Origin: Lytechinus pictus
Taxonomy: Eukaryota
Direction: 5' to 3'
DNA length: 64,000 nt
NCBI RefSeq assembly: GCF_037042905.1
Contig: NC_087249.1
Location: 8,930,001-8,994,000, forward strand
The notes under the pieces are model-generated. The model had not been told where the DNA came from. It ran no database searches and saw only the letters and a list, made by a program, of their open reading frames with translations. Numbering within the stretch: the first letter of the stretch is position 1; each line of letters begins with the position of its first letter. Shown here one piece after another: positions 39,462 to 53,600 of this stretch. The translations under genes were made by a program, and so were the position numbers.

Positions 39462-40062
39462 CACGGGGGGGGGGGGGGGGCACTCAACCACAAAAGTGGT
39501 AGGTATAAAAATGTGCCACGGGCCAGACAAAAAACGGGGGCTTTCTTTCTTCATGTTCTTTACTTTGGTCTTGGAACGGGCTTATAATTAAGGAGGCCTT
39601 TGCTTCACGGGGGCCTTCGACTTCGCCTTTGGAACAACAAATGTTTGTAAAAACGGGGTCCTTGGAACGGTTCGCCTGCATGTGAGTGCGTTATATGGAA
39701 CGGGCATGATACGTGCATGCAGCTAGCCCCGGCGGCATGTACGCCGGATGTGCTTGCATGCACAGAGGCGACTGACAGCGCTCTGCGGGCCGCTTTTCAT
39801 AAAAAATGCAGCTCATTGTACTTTTTTAGCGAATCAATGTGGCTGGAATTGGAACGGCGTAACAAAAAATATTTGAAGCATTGATTTGAACGGACTTCTT
39901 TTTTTACAATAAGAAGAAAATGCTATGCTTTGGAACGACTTTCTTTGTTCTTTTTCTCAATAAGATATGCTTTGGAACGGAAATTGTTTAAGTGTAAACG
40001 TGGGGTCCTCTTCGCGGCACATACCCACCTCGCATTATTTATACTGAGTGCCCCCCCCAGGG
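39462..40062. mobile_element. ~600-bp DNA element with poly-G/poly-C TIRs and 8-bp TSD, copy 1
   Basis: CACG(G)nCACTC ... GAGTG(C)nAGGG; TSD CGCAGAGG; repeated TTGGAACGG motifs. Confidence 0.9.
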
Positions 40063-41809
40063 CGCAGAGGTACCACAAAACACCACAAAATTATTTTAAA
40101 AATGGAAATCATGCAGCCACCTCAATTCTGTTGATGTTCGTCCTCACGCCACGTTCCGTATAATAATATATAAGGCCTAGAATAATCATAAAATTGTTAA
40201 AAGGAAGAGCTCGACCCTGTACCTGGTTCTTTCGTGGGCAATTGTTGGTCCTGAAAAGAACCACCCAAACTGAATTGTTCATCCTGAAAAGGAACACCCA
40301 ATATGTTGTAGGCATGGGGACATTGTGTATGGAAATGTCCGTACCACCTTTTTTTTTTACATTTTGAGAATCATGAGTTAAATTGCAGAGTTAAAATCTT
40401 TTTGATTCAAGTGAAATAGAAAAATCAACAAGTATCAGTTTAAACCAAACAAGTAGTCCTCAAATTGGCAATCCCTGAAATAAAAAAAATTCACTGAAAT
40501 TCTTTGGCAACATTTTGGAATGTGTATTAATCGCAATCTACATGTAGGTGAAAAGAAGACAAAATATTACCACTGCATGTGACCCCTTTTACTTAATGAA
40601 AGACAATTCTGTTATGTCCAAACACTATTAAAATGTAACATCCGTAAAGCCACAATTTTTGCTCTCAAGTGTACATGCCTCATTTGTTTCTCGTAATTTA
40701 ACTTGAATCCAATGAAAAATGTCCTAAAATTTAAATTCATGGGTAAATTCGACTAACTACCTATAAAACACACCTGTACTTTTCATGGGTATGCAAAAAG
40801 TCTTAACCTGAAATGCTGTAACTACCACAACATGTACTGAAATGGATGGAAACTTGCATTGTTTCGTCATTCATGGTCATATGTTGTGATTCCATGTAAT
40901 GACTTCCGAATAGAAAAAAAAAATAGTACCCTAATCTCATTTTGAAACTTGGTAAAATTAAAATGTAATGTCTCTGATTAATGCTGGAACTGCCCACAAG
41001 CAATTGTCACCAGAAACTAGTGTTGTAAAGGGCTTGTTTTAGACCTATACCTCTCTGCTCTATAGGAACTCTCGTTTGGGCCTCAAGATCTAACTAAGGT
41101 CTATTGTTGCCTGAGATTTGATAACTGAAAGACCTTTGCTATCTTTTGCAGCAGAGCTCAAGATTGTGAACATGGTGAAGACTTCATGTGAAGGGGGGGG
41201 GGGGGGGACCTCCCTAATTTTTCACTTAAAATTTTGCAATGAAGCGCAAATTTGCACTTTGATTCTCTCATCTTATAAATGTCCATCAGTTTGTGATTCC
41301 AAGTTGAACCAAAAAACATCAGCATGAATCCTATCTAATGCAACTCACAGTAGTCAGGTTAGATTAAAAAAGAGTTCCCATTGTACAAATTTCTTTTGAG
41401 CTTTGTATCTGGAATGCTGGTGATTTGCTTGTTTGTTTATTCTTATTTTGTACCATTATTGAATGAATCTTCTCATCTGATATTGCATTGGATGGTCATT
41501 TCAAAATTTTAAGTAGACTACTTTCCATTTCTACTGACCACAGATCTATTATTTAATCATCAACATTTTTATTGAAAAATAATGATGACCATGCTGAGAG
41601 TTATGATTAGTATAATTCGCTCTCTAAACCTTTACAATAAGTTGCAATAAAATCATGATAAGTATAATGATGATACAAATGTGAGGATAATGATAATATA
41701 GAGGATAATGATGATGATGATAATGTCAAATGATAACAGTTATAATAATAATGAGGGTACTGATGGGTTGTGATAAGGACAATGATGAATAGCTGCTTCA
41801 ATTTTATTC

Positions 41810-42343
41810 ACTCATACTTTCATCAAAATCAGACAAGAAATAACAAAGCTGTGACATTTTAAAGATTTTGTGTTATTTTCGTGAAATAGTTCTGTGCATT
41901 TCTTTATGAATATTTAATGAGCGAATTCATGATGTTACATCCCCACTTCCTGTTTTGTATTCTATTATATGAAAGCATGTTTATTCAAATTTTGTCTTCC
42001 AAGAATGAAAAATATTGGATTGACAACTGATGAGATATTCATTGCTCCAACTTATTTTGTTCTTTTAGTATTTTGATTATACACGCATGTACAGTATGAA
42101 AATATGAAGTACTGTAATTATGATGTCATGCAATAACATAAGAAAAAGGCAAGTGAGGACATTACATCATCAGCCCACCTGATGAATATTCATGACAATA
42201 CGCATATTTAATATCATGAAATATTGCTAAACTTTAGTTTGATAACTTTGATATTTGTTTTCAGCGTTTTGCAAAGTGGTGAATTTTACTCTATTTTTTA
42301 AAAAGATTAATCATACTCAGCCCAGCCCCAGAGTACCCTTTAA
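41810..42343. mobile_element. Decayed TTAA-type MITE (right end intact)
   Basis: Ends GAGTACCCT|TTAA; contains TTTCATCAAAATC and internal inverted ATGAATATT blocks. Confidence 0.55.
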
Positions 42344-42361
42344 ATTGATTCTTGTTGCTTA

Positions 42362-42916
42362 TAAAAGGAAACCAAAACCCAAGAAGAGGAGTAATCTTAT
42401 TTAGAGTAAAGTGAGAGGAACAATTTCAAACAAGTTTCATCAAAATCGGTTATAGAATTAGCGAGTAATGGAAGATTGAAAAGTCTTGTACTTTCTACGG
42501 GGATCCTCAAATTGGCAAACTTGCTTCAAAATGGCTGATTTTGTGGACAACTCTCCATTTGTTTTGTACACAAATTTTCAGATTTTCCCCTTCTTTTATA
42601 TACCGGTACTTCACATTATCTCCTGACCTTGACATATGTGGTGTGAATTATATTTTCCCACGACATATGTTATGATCAGGAGGCAAGATGCAGATTGAAT
42701 TTGTGTAAAACAAATGGAGAGTTGTCCACAAAATTGGCCATTTTGAAGGGTGGTGGCCAATTTGGGGATCCCCATTGAAAGTACAACAAGTCTTTTTAAA
42801 TGTCCATAACTTGCTTATTTTATAGCCGATTTTGATGTAACTTGTTTTAAATTGTTCCTTTCATTTTACTCTTTCCAATAAGATTGCTTCTTTTCTTGGG
42901 TTTTGGTTTCATTTAA
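42362..42916. mobile_element. Nearly fully palindromic TTAA-type MITE
   Basis: AAAGGAAACCAAAACCCAAGAA ... TTCTTGGGTTTTGGTTTCATTTAA; inner arms TTTTGTGGACAACTCTCCATTTGTTTT / AAAACAAATGGAGAGTTGTCCACAAAA. Confidence 0.88.
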
Positions 42917-43815
42917 AGCGTTTAAGTTCTGCCATGTTTTAGATATTCATTTGTGAAGTAAGGTGATAAAATATTGAATTGAGCCTTGAGGAAGTAGTCT
43001 GTTTATCTGTTTGACTTTCCCTGACGATAAACTGAAATCCTGCCCTCACATGTTCACTTCCAAGTTAGCTCGCTACATTTACACACTCCACCTGATAACA
43101 GTGATTGATCGCGTACAAATTGCAGACACTTTGACCTTTGACCTTGCACATAGCTTTAGCCTGCTCATTGCCAAGCAGCAAGGCCTCCCTGGCATTGAAC
43201 ATTGGCATGGAATGTAGGCGATTAGTCTACCTCGTTAGACCTTTACAAGCTCAATCAGTTGTGAAATGGAGTATTATGTTTTTTCACAGATATGTAATGT
43301 GCAAGTCGTTATTGCCGTCATGTTCTTAAAAAAATCTTTTTTCCAATGAGAGACTGATTGTCAAGGTCATTGATGCAGCTTTGAAATGCAATGTTCTCTT
43401 TCAATCTGGAAGCTGTTTGTTTTGAAAAATAAAAAAAAGTTCTCAAAAGAGCAAAAAAAAAATTATTTTGAGAAAATGTAGAGAAGGTGCAGTTACTTTG
43501 TACTTTAGGGAAAAGGAACAACTAAAGAAATATATGTATTACTTGGATGCAGGATGAATGTAAATTGTATGATTTTGAATGTTTTAAAAGCACAAGGTAT
43601 GTGATAAATATGTACACAAATGGAGGCAAATAGAGACACATCTCATTCTTATGTAATAAATAAACCATATGATCAACAAGTTTTCTGTCTTAAGATGTAT
43701 TTGAATCTTTACCCAGTTATTGAATTAATAGCCCACATATCAAAGTTATTTGGTTTTGGGATTGGCAAGTTAAACAACTGCATTCATACATGTATATCCA
43801 GCAGTAGAAAGCAGT

Positions 43816-44380
43816 CCCGGGGGGGGGGGGGGGGGGGGGGGGGCATTCGACCAAAAAAGTGGTAAGGGTGTGCCGTGGGCGATACAAAAAACGGGGGCCT
43901 TGGAGCGGACTTATTGTAAAAAGGAAGGTCCTCGGAACGGGCTTTGGAACTACAAATGTTTGTGAAAACGGGGGTCCTTGGAACGGATCGCCAGTGTGTG
44001 AGTGCGTATGCATCCCTATGGAACAGGCATGCATGCATGATGTTGCAGCTAGCGCGGCCTCCGCTGGGTGCGATCGTGCAGAGGCGATGGTTGGACAGCG
44101 CTCTGCTGCCGCTTTTCACCAAAATTGCAGCTCATTGTAGCTGATCAATGCGACCGGAACTGCGTAACGAAAAATATGCGAAGCTTTGGAGCGGATTTCT
44201 TTCTTCTTTTTTCTCGATAAGAGGAAAATGCTATGCTTTGGAGCGGCTTTCTTTGTTCTTTTTCTGAATAAGACAAAAATGCTATGCCTTCGAACGGAAA
44301 TTTGATTGTAAAAATGGGTGTCCCCTCCGCGGCACATACCCACTATGCATTATATACTGAGTGCCCCCCCCCCCCCCGGG
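43816..44380. mobile_element. Same family, copy 2
   Basis: CCC(G)nCATTC ... GAGTG(C)nGGG; TSD AAAGCAGT; alignable to 39462-40062. Confidence 0.9.
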
Positions 44381-45129
44381 AAAGCAGTATGTGCATGCTG
44401 TTAACACGCTCTTGGTACTGGTACTTATCTTGCATCAAACCTCTTCTTAAGAAATGAATTATTTACCAATTAGTGAAATGTTCCAATGAAAAGCTGTTTA
44501 GTAAAACAGAATCTCAAAATCAAGTGTGGGTACATGTACATCACATGTAGGTGCCCCCTCCCCAAAATTTTGAAGACTAACATTTTTTTTAAACTTCAAA
44601 CTTAAAAAAAAAATCTCCAGAAGTAAGCACAAAACCATTCAATTTCTCTTTGGAAATTGTAAAAGAGCCCCCAAGACAAGCTCAGTCGCTTTGCTCATCG
44701 CTTTTGTTTGAGTCATTCCAAAATTGTTGAAAATTGTTGATTCAATATTTTCTGCAATATTTATGTTCTGTTGTCATGGTAATTTAGTCATTGAGTTTTT
44801 ATTTGTTCTTAAGTTGTACTTTGTCATTTTTTTATGGAGGCCTGCACTTTGGAACTTTCTGCCTGACTCGATAACATAAACTATTCAAGTTTATATTTTT
44901 GTTATTAACGGAAAGTGTTTCAAAATTTAGTTTGTTAATATTTTTACATACATGTATACTAGACTGGAACTTGAATTCCACAAAGTGGTATTCTTGCATC
45001 ACTTCTCAATGCAAAGTTGATAATTTCAACATTAATGTTAAGAAATTTAGCATCTCCCAAACATTTGGATTATATGTGCTCCTGTCTGTTGATTCCTTGT
45101 TAATGTCCATTCGGCAAGAGGGAGATTAT

Positions 45130-45510
45130 AATCATCACTGTCGTCACCACCACCACATCATCATCATCAACATCATCATCATCATCACCACCACCACCAG
45201 CACCACCACCACCACATCATCATCATCATCTTCATCATCATCTCCACCGCCACAACCACCACCACCGCCACAACCACAATCATCGTCATCACTTCCGTCA
45301 CCACCCCATCACACAACAACAACACCATCAACATCTTGATGATGATGATGGTGATGATGATCATCATCATCGTCATCATCATCATCAACATCATCATCAT
45401 CATCATAACATCATTTATAATCATTATCCATCATCTTTATCAATATCATCATGTTCAACATCATTACATCATTGTGATCATGTTTATTATATCATCATCA
45501 TCATCATCTT
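45130..45510. repeat. (CAT)n/(CAC)n compound microsatellite
   Basis: Read directly; includes a short inverted (GAT)n patch near 45338-45362. Confidence 0.9.
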
Positions 45511-48500
45511 TGTCACCAACTGAAAATCATATTTATATGCTGTCTCAGAAAGTCTACATGTACATGTATGTTTCATCTTTGATAGATCATGCTGACACTG
45601 AATATCTGTAAACACTTCTTGGAATATCAAAGTCTGTTGATATCAATTATCATGTAGGCTTATAAACACAGTGTGTGCACTGTACTAAACAACAAATGAC
45701 ATGGGCATATTTTTTAACCTGACACTGCTTAACAACATTTGGAAACAGGTACCAGCATTATTCAACGGTTATTTGATTGATTAATTTTACATTTCTGTTG
45801 CTATGACAATAAATCGCGTCTGCATGGTAACATGGCATTTATGGTACCAGTTTGTCAGACTGGATGAAATACCTTCATGCGTTTCAGCTTTTCACATACA
45901 CCTGTATTGTGAATTAGAGATTGCTGCTGGGGGAAACACATCTATGTACATTACATCTATGTACATGAACTTCTAAGGCTTGAGAAAAATATGTTAGTCT
46001 AATTGTGCAGACTTTTTGAATAATCTTTTTAGTGTAATACGCTTTTTTCAATTTCAGGAAAATTCTTGTAAGATGTATTTCTACTTCCTGTTTTATCATG
46101 CTAATAAATTTTGATCTAGTGAGACAGTGTGTAGTTTTAACTTTAAAGGGATCGTTTAACATTGTGAGAAGCTGATTTAAAAAATTCTCAAATTAAGATG
46201 AATTATGTTTATGAGTTTATGTACTTGTTCTAAGAAACCCTGGAAATCATCTTTATTTTGAATGAAAAGTTGTTAGTAGGTAGGAAAATGTGATTATATT
46301 AGAACTCGTCTACTAGACGATCTCCCAAATTACTGTGACATCCCGATTTGAAAATAAAATTGTATGCCTCCCTCCGCGTTGAGATCGTAACGGACACGCA
46401 AGCGAGAACTGTCAATCAACCAACAGTGAATGGGGGCAAGGCCGCTCCGGCCGGCATGCACTGAGAATTGTAAACATTACATGCAGCGCATGTTCTCTGC
46501 TGGCTCGTTTCTATAGTGCCGGCCTTGACGGTTCTAGTCGAAGCAGAGAAAGTAGTATGAAAGAAGAAAAACAGATTCTGATAGCGCAACGAAAGATATG
46601 TACAGACCATCTAAGATAAGAAAAATGCAGACTTACTGACTCCTCGCCGGGATGGTAGTAACGTGGCAAATTTGGGGCGATGTACTTTAATATTACATGA
46701 AGATAAAGCGAAAGTGTAGCACCAGAATAAAATAAGTGCGATCCAGAACATCATACATGTACTTGAGAATAGAATAAGAACATGTGGTCTCTCGAGCTCT
46801 GTGTGTGTCGTGAGCTGAGGCATGGACCATGGCTAGCTGAGGGAAGGATGGCTTTCTCCCATGCGTGAACGTTTCGTTGTTTATGTGGGTATGCAAATTA
46901 CTTGGTATTACGTAAGACTCTTCCCATATCGCTCGAAAAATGAACATAATACAGGACATTCATTTTTAATTGTGCAGTCACATGATTATAACATTTCATT
47001 TATTCAAGACTGTTTCTCTAATGGGCCGAGCACCTTTTTGAGAGCAGTAATCAAAACTTGTGTAGTAAATCTGCCATATTTTACTCACGTATGCACTCCC
47101 TTCCTTTGAACGCGAGGTCCTTTCTTCTTCTTCTTTTGCTTGACAAATTTTTGGCGAAATACCTTTAGATTGTAAATTTTTAGATGATAACCTTTTTTTT
47201 TTCTTTTTTTCTTTGCTTTTCAAAATTTTCTCATGAATTGTGCCTCCTCCCTTTAGAAAAACCTGGATCCACCCCTGCACAACGTAAAGCTGCCCCCCCC
47301 CCCCCTCCAACACATAACTGCACAGCCCAACAACCAATGTAACGAACATTTTTATAATAATTATATAAAAAGATTTGGTGCAGCATAAAATATAAAGGTA
47401 TATGCTGGGAATAAAAAGGACATAAAAATAATTGCATTATTCTGTGGCCGGCGGCGAAAGCATAAAAATATTAGATTCTGGATTGGCGGTGTTCCGGCGG
47501 TGTTGAAGCATGATCTTCCGCCGCCAGTGCCAGAATGTATATTTTTACGTACTTCGGGGGGGGGGGGGGAAGAAATATTTCCATCCACATTTCTTCCACA
47601 TCGGCTGATAAATGCTTAATTATTATCATTTAGGGGGGGGGGTGTCCCATGCAACTAAAGTCTGAATTTTTAAGTACATCGTAGCTTTATTCTTACAATC
47701 ATGGACCTATACTATGGCCTAAATTAATGATGCGAGCGCGAAGCGCGCAAGGTAATGTTTATTTTTATATTTCGCCTTGAAAAGAAATATAGGAGCGCGA
47801 ACTTTTTTATGAACATGAACATCTTAAACGGGTCATTCTACTCACTTTTGGTAATCACGCAGGGTATGTTCATCTTAAACAATTCGATTTGATTTATTGT
47901 TCTCGTAAATGCGTATTAGCATTTTCATAACAAAAGAAACATAATATCGTTTAAAATTTTGGCATGAATAATAGAGTGTACTTATTAAAAATATGATTCA
48001 ACCCACACACACCAAATGATCCACACCCAACACATTATGATATTAACAATTAGCAGGATCGAGGATTGTCATTATAAGCACATTGCTTGGAAAAAAATAA
48101 CTGAAAACCCGAGATTCAAACTTATTAAATTGCATTGATTATACAACAGAATGGTGCGAGCGCGGAGCACGAAGAACGAGTTGAAAATTATTAATATTTT
48201 GACATGAAGAGCTGAATCGGGTCATTCTCATCAAATACGGTCTTATGGTAAGTATAAAGTTTATACGCCAAGCGAGCTGATATTTGTTGAAATTAAGATC
48301 TTAATACGAAACATTGTATAAACTGTTTTGGAATATTGCTGCATATTTTCCTGAATAATGATAAGAGCGCATGTAAAACGCAAGCTGATTTTTTTTTAAA
48401 GTATATTCGCGATTGATTTTTTTTGTATAATGATTTCTACTTTTTCTGTTTTCAAATCGTTCCTCTTTTCTTATTTCATTCACTTTTCTTCTTCTTATAT

Positions 48501-48843
48501 CCTTTCTTATCGTTCCTCTCTATTTCCCCTTTCTCTAGGCATAGATAGCAAAGCCCCAAGAAACTCCAGAATCCTGAGACGTCCACATGGTATTTTGTAC
48601 AAAAAAATGAAGTCACCAATCTAAAAATGTCACTTTAATCCGATTACATGCAGGGTTCGGCGACAGGGCATATAAAGTTTAGGAATAAAATAGAGAAATG
48701 CGAGTAAACGCAAAGAGTTGAATTTGAAAAGTTTTTCGATTTTATATTAAAATCCTACATTTTTATTTCAATAGCATGTTCGTGATATTACTTATAACAT
48801 TGCATTATGAAGGGTTATATATAGATATTCCCGTGATGCACAT

Positions 48844-49131
48844 CAGTGTTTCCACTCCTCCCGAAATTCCGAAAATTTCGGGAAATTTTACCTTTTCCAG
48901 GAAAGGTTCCGAATGAAACAAATCCATGCAGGAAATTTCGGGAAATCCAAATATTACAAGTAAACAATAATTAAACATAGCAACTGTCAACATTCATGTT
49001 ATATTTTTAAAATTGTTTGCTGAAAGTTTCGGCTGGCTACATTTTTGTACAATTTTTGTTAAAATCAAACTAAAAATTCTAGGAAATGTCTATAAATTCG
49101 AGAAGTTTGTTTTGGATCTGTGGAAACACCG
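48844..49131. mobile_element. hAT-like MITE with 8-bp TSD
   Basis: CAGTGTTTCCAC ... GTGGAAACACCG; TSD ATGCACAT. Confidence 0.85.
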
Positions 49132-50006
49132 ATGCACATGGCCTTTGTAAGCGGGGGTGCTAAATCACCTCCAAGATTTATATGGGGGTGATGTACAGGT
49201 TTGATCCAAACACCTTCATTTTGGTGCGGAAAACAAACTTTTTATTTTTGATTGTATGATTATTTTGCTTTAAATTTTAAGTATTTTCCTTTGTCAAAAC
49301 TGCTATTTTGGTATTATTGGTTTTAGTAAACATGTGATATTCATCTTTTTCTTATTTTTATTTTCACATTTTTCCTTTCTGTTCTTTTTTCTTTCTTTCT
49401 TTCTTTCCCTCTTCTTTTTAAGGGGGTAACTACCCCACTTATCTAAAATTTAGGAGGGCGTGCCCCTTCCCCTCGCTTCCATTTATCGCTACCTTTCCCA
49501 TTCCCTTCGTTAGTCTGGTAACCTTATTTCGACGTCAAAGAGTCCACTCTATTGTTCTACAACACAACGAACATGACTAAAGAAAAAAAAATAATCTTGC
49601 ATGTCTTTACCCAGGGATGAATATTCGTGCAACTTTTAATTAGTGATATACTTAATTACTTATATTCTCTCCATGAATTCCAACAAACACTTCTAATAAA
49701 AAAAAAATAGTTTTTCAAACTCAAATGTCATAACTTTTCATCTATAGCTACGAGTTTGCATTTATTTTTATACCTTTCTTTTCATTAATTCTTGCAAACA
49801 GATCGGAAATATAATTTTCTGGTTTGTCAAAGCTTCTCACCACGCTCTGATTTTGATGAGGGAGATAAAAACTCTCCATTAGACATTTTTAGGTGAGGAT
49901 ATACAAAATATCATCTCGCGCTTCGCGCTCACATTAGGGCCTACCCCGATGAGATACGTATCCTTTTCATGAATTCCTACAAAAAGCCCCTAAAATTATC
50001 CATGCT

Positions 50007-50645
50007 TTGATTTCCTCCCGTTTAGATTTTTCAAACTCATTGTTCTTTAACCTCCCACAAAAAGATTGGACAAAACTTCAACGTCTACAAAACTCTGCTG
50101 CCCGTCTCCTAACATACACTAAAAAGTATGACTCCATCTCGCCAATCCTCCAGTCCTTACATTGGCTGCCTGTTGATAAAAGAATCTCCTTCAAAATTAT
50201 TTTACTATTATTCAATTTATTCTCTCTCCCCCCACATATCTCCGCAGCTCTATCTCAAAATATCAGCCTTCACGCAGTCTCCGCTCATCATTCTGATGCT
50301 CTATTGCTCCAGACACCCAGAACCAAACACAAATGGGGGGATGCATTCTCTGTTATAGGACCAAAGCTATGGAATCGATTGCCTATCCAATTACGCCAAA
50401 TTTTCATCAACAGAAACATTCAAGTCCCAGTGAAAACTAAATTTTGATCTCCCATTAACATTCAGGAGAATTCAAATTCTATTCTTTTTCGTTTTCTATT
50501 GTTGTTGGGTGTTGTGTTTATTTTTCTACAAGCGCCATGAGCACCGAAAGGTGGACGCGTGCGCTATATAAGAAGCCACCAATATTATTATTATCATTGT
50601 TATTATTATTATTATAATTATTATCATTATCATCATTATTATTAA
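50007..50645 (+). mobile_element. 5'-truncated L2/CR1-group LINE (ORF2 C-terminus, 3' UTR, (TAT)n tail)
   Basis: SRLDFSNSL...KLQRLQNSAARLL...ISPILQSLHWLPV...AFSVIGPKLWNRLP; 3' end GCGCTATATAAG followed by (TAT)n. Confidence 0.9.
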
Positions 50646-53600
50646 GATTTCCCCTCAATATTAATTTTTCAGCTCGCCCCTCGTGCTTGCATGAAATGCT
50701 TAATTAGACAAGCATCGATATGTCCCGATTGTAGGTCTCAATATCAATAATTTTCGGCTCGCGCTTCGCGAATGCGTTCATTGTCTGGATATGCATCATG
50801 TTAATTATTACAAAAAGTGCTTAGAATATTCCTTTTTAAGATCTTAATACTGAAAATAATAGGCACGTTATTATTATGTTTTATTTTGACTGGTCGAGTG
50901 CAGAGTATATACACAATAGACCTATATTTTGAAAGGGGTGCGATTTTAGCACTTGCCCGGGCCTCGTTTGTTCTAGATACGCCACTGTGGACATGGTGGA
51001 CATTAAATTAAACAATGCGAGCGAATAGCGCGAGCTGAATATTATTATGGCCCGACAACTGGACATTCTAAGCAGGTTTTTTTAATGTAAATATCAAATT
51101 ATATGTACCTCAGTAAACAATATTGCAAGCGCGAAGCACAATAAGCTATTTTTTACATGTAGACATAGAAACTAGACATTCCTTTTGCACTTCTTGTAAT
51201 AATGAATACGAAGGGTATATCATGCTCAACAATATATAATTTTTTATATATAATTGATCATGACTGGACGTTGTAAAACAATAAGGAACAAGCTGTTTGT
51301 AGCGCGAACTAAATTTACTGACATAAAAGTGAATATTTTAAAAGCGCTGCCCAACACGTAAGAAACTTGTGAAGATGATAATGGAACAGTCTGAATGATG
51401 CGAGCGCGAAGCGCGAGCTAACAATTTTGGCGACTGGGACATATGGCCGGGCAATTTTAATCACTGTACGTAAAAAAGAATGGGCTTGATTGTAAGGCGA
51501 TTTAGACCTAAAACCTATATACATTCAAATCTCTCTCGGAACATGAAGCAATTAATTAGAACCGCCCTGTGTGACAGTATATTCTAATCACTGTCGGTAT
51601 AGCATATATATACACGGAGTAATGGAACATTCCTTCGTGACCCAACAGTTATATCATTTTTCCGGTAGGCGTCAGTCCGACAGCCTCTTTTCTTTTCATT
51701 TTTTTTCTTTCCTTCTTCCACTTTTCTTCTTTCTCTTCTTCCCCATCCTCACTTCTATTTTCCCCCTCTCCCCTTACCCCGACATGGGAAGGGGGGGGGG
51801 GGTCATACCCTGTTAGAGACGGCCTTTCAATATCGACGGAAATACAATTATGCTCATTCACAAGAATTTGTTTTAAAATACACGAATTTAAGTGTATTGT
51901 TATGTGATAGTTGTGGTGATGATGTATGACTAATTGTTCCATGGAATTTGAATGTTTCAGTGATTGGATCGAGCAGAAAAGGGAACTTTCGTGATTGATA
52001 ACGTGTGACTAATTACACTATTTCATTTTTCATTATTTTCCCCAAATGAATGATATCATGAGGATACATTATTTTACATTTGTTTTATATTGATTTGTTA
52101 TACTCGTATTTATTAGAAATTTTCATATTGTAATGCTAATTTAATTAATTTATTTTTAGGGACCCCGGGGAAGAACAGGTTGGCTATTAATAGCCAATCT
52201 GAAACGGGTCTATCCCTACGATTCTGTATTACATGCATTGTAAGCTTCATTACTGTTATATTGTTAATTTGTTGTATTGTTGTTTTTTTTTTATTATGTA
52301 ATGTTATTTTGTTTATATTTATGCATTTTTTTAATCGTGAATAAAACCAACCAACCAATATAAACAATACCAGATCGAAGGTAAAGGATGCTTCATATAC
52401 GCTGAGGTTTCATATAAATTGTATGAAGAAAATCAATAACCAATTTACAGGTTTTCAGGTAAACGAGCTAGAAAAGATCACAAAACACTATTTTCACGTA
52501 AGGTTCATATAGTAATCAGGGATGTGTAAAAAAAATCAGACTTCTTTTTTACTGTAAAGAATTTACGGAAGGAGGATCGAGAGAGGGGAAGCAGAAGAAA
52601 AGAAAAGAGCGGCCGAAAGAAATGGAAAATGTAAAAGAAAAGTGATATGATTTGAAAGATGTCATGAGCGGATTATATGGCGGAGAAACTGAAAGAATTA
52701 TTGACCCCAATCATGGATAAAATTAAATACGATTCCTACCCCTTACAAAAAAAACATTCATTAAAAAAAAAAAAAAAAAAAAAAGTTTATGGATAATAAT
52801 TTGTAGGTCTAATAGTCATTATAGTCCGGGGTCTAGGAGTTGAGATGTTTTGGGTTTGCAACTACCCTATCTACCACGTTCCAAAATAAAGTCCAAAACG
52901 GATAGGCCCCGATCGATCGGAGGGGGGGGGGCAATACGTTGATCATGTTGATCATATAGTTTCTCCCCGGGAGTTTCTCATAAGCATCTTACGTGAAGAT
53001 AGGCCTACCGAAGATTTTGATGGGATGGGAAATCCGGGATGGGAATATCTTTGTTGGGGGAGCTCGTGGAGAACGTAAAAAAAAAACACACACACACACA
53101 CAAAAAAAAAAAACCCACGATGGTGGATATTTCCATGCCAGGGGGGGGGGGGGGAGAAGGAGAGGTCACTGCCTTTATTCCGAGTTCCTACCCAGCTATG
53201 CCCCGCATGTAAACATGCACATGACACACGAAGGCCTGTGACTACGTGGACGTAACATGACCAGAGTGGAGTTCGGATACATATTACAGCTCCATGATAT
53301 TGCATTACATGGAGCTATATTGCATTCTCTTCTCGAACCAGTCGACGGACGTTTGCTATATCGTGACCAGGTATAAGAGAATTATCAACAACCACAAGGA
53401 TATCTTGTAGTGCATGCAAAGGTAAACTAAAGAAAAGAACAGAGGGGATTTTTTTTTTTGGGGGGGGGGCACAAAATAGCTTCTGGAAAATCACGCTCCA
53501 TCCCCGGCCCCCATGATCCACAAAAAAACTACTACTACTCTACACTGTAGATCCGAGATTGTATTTGTAGCCCCGGTTTGTCGCGTTCTTTTTTGTTGTT

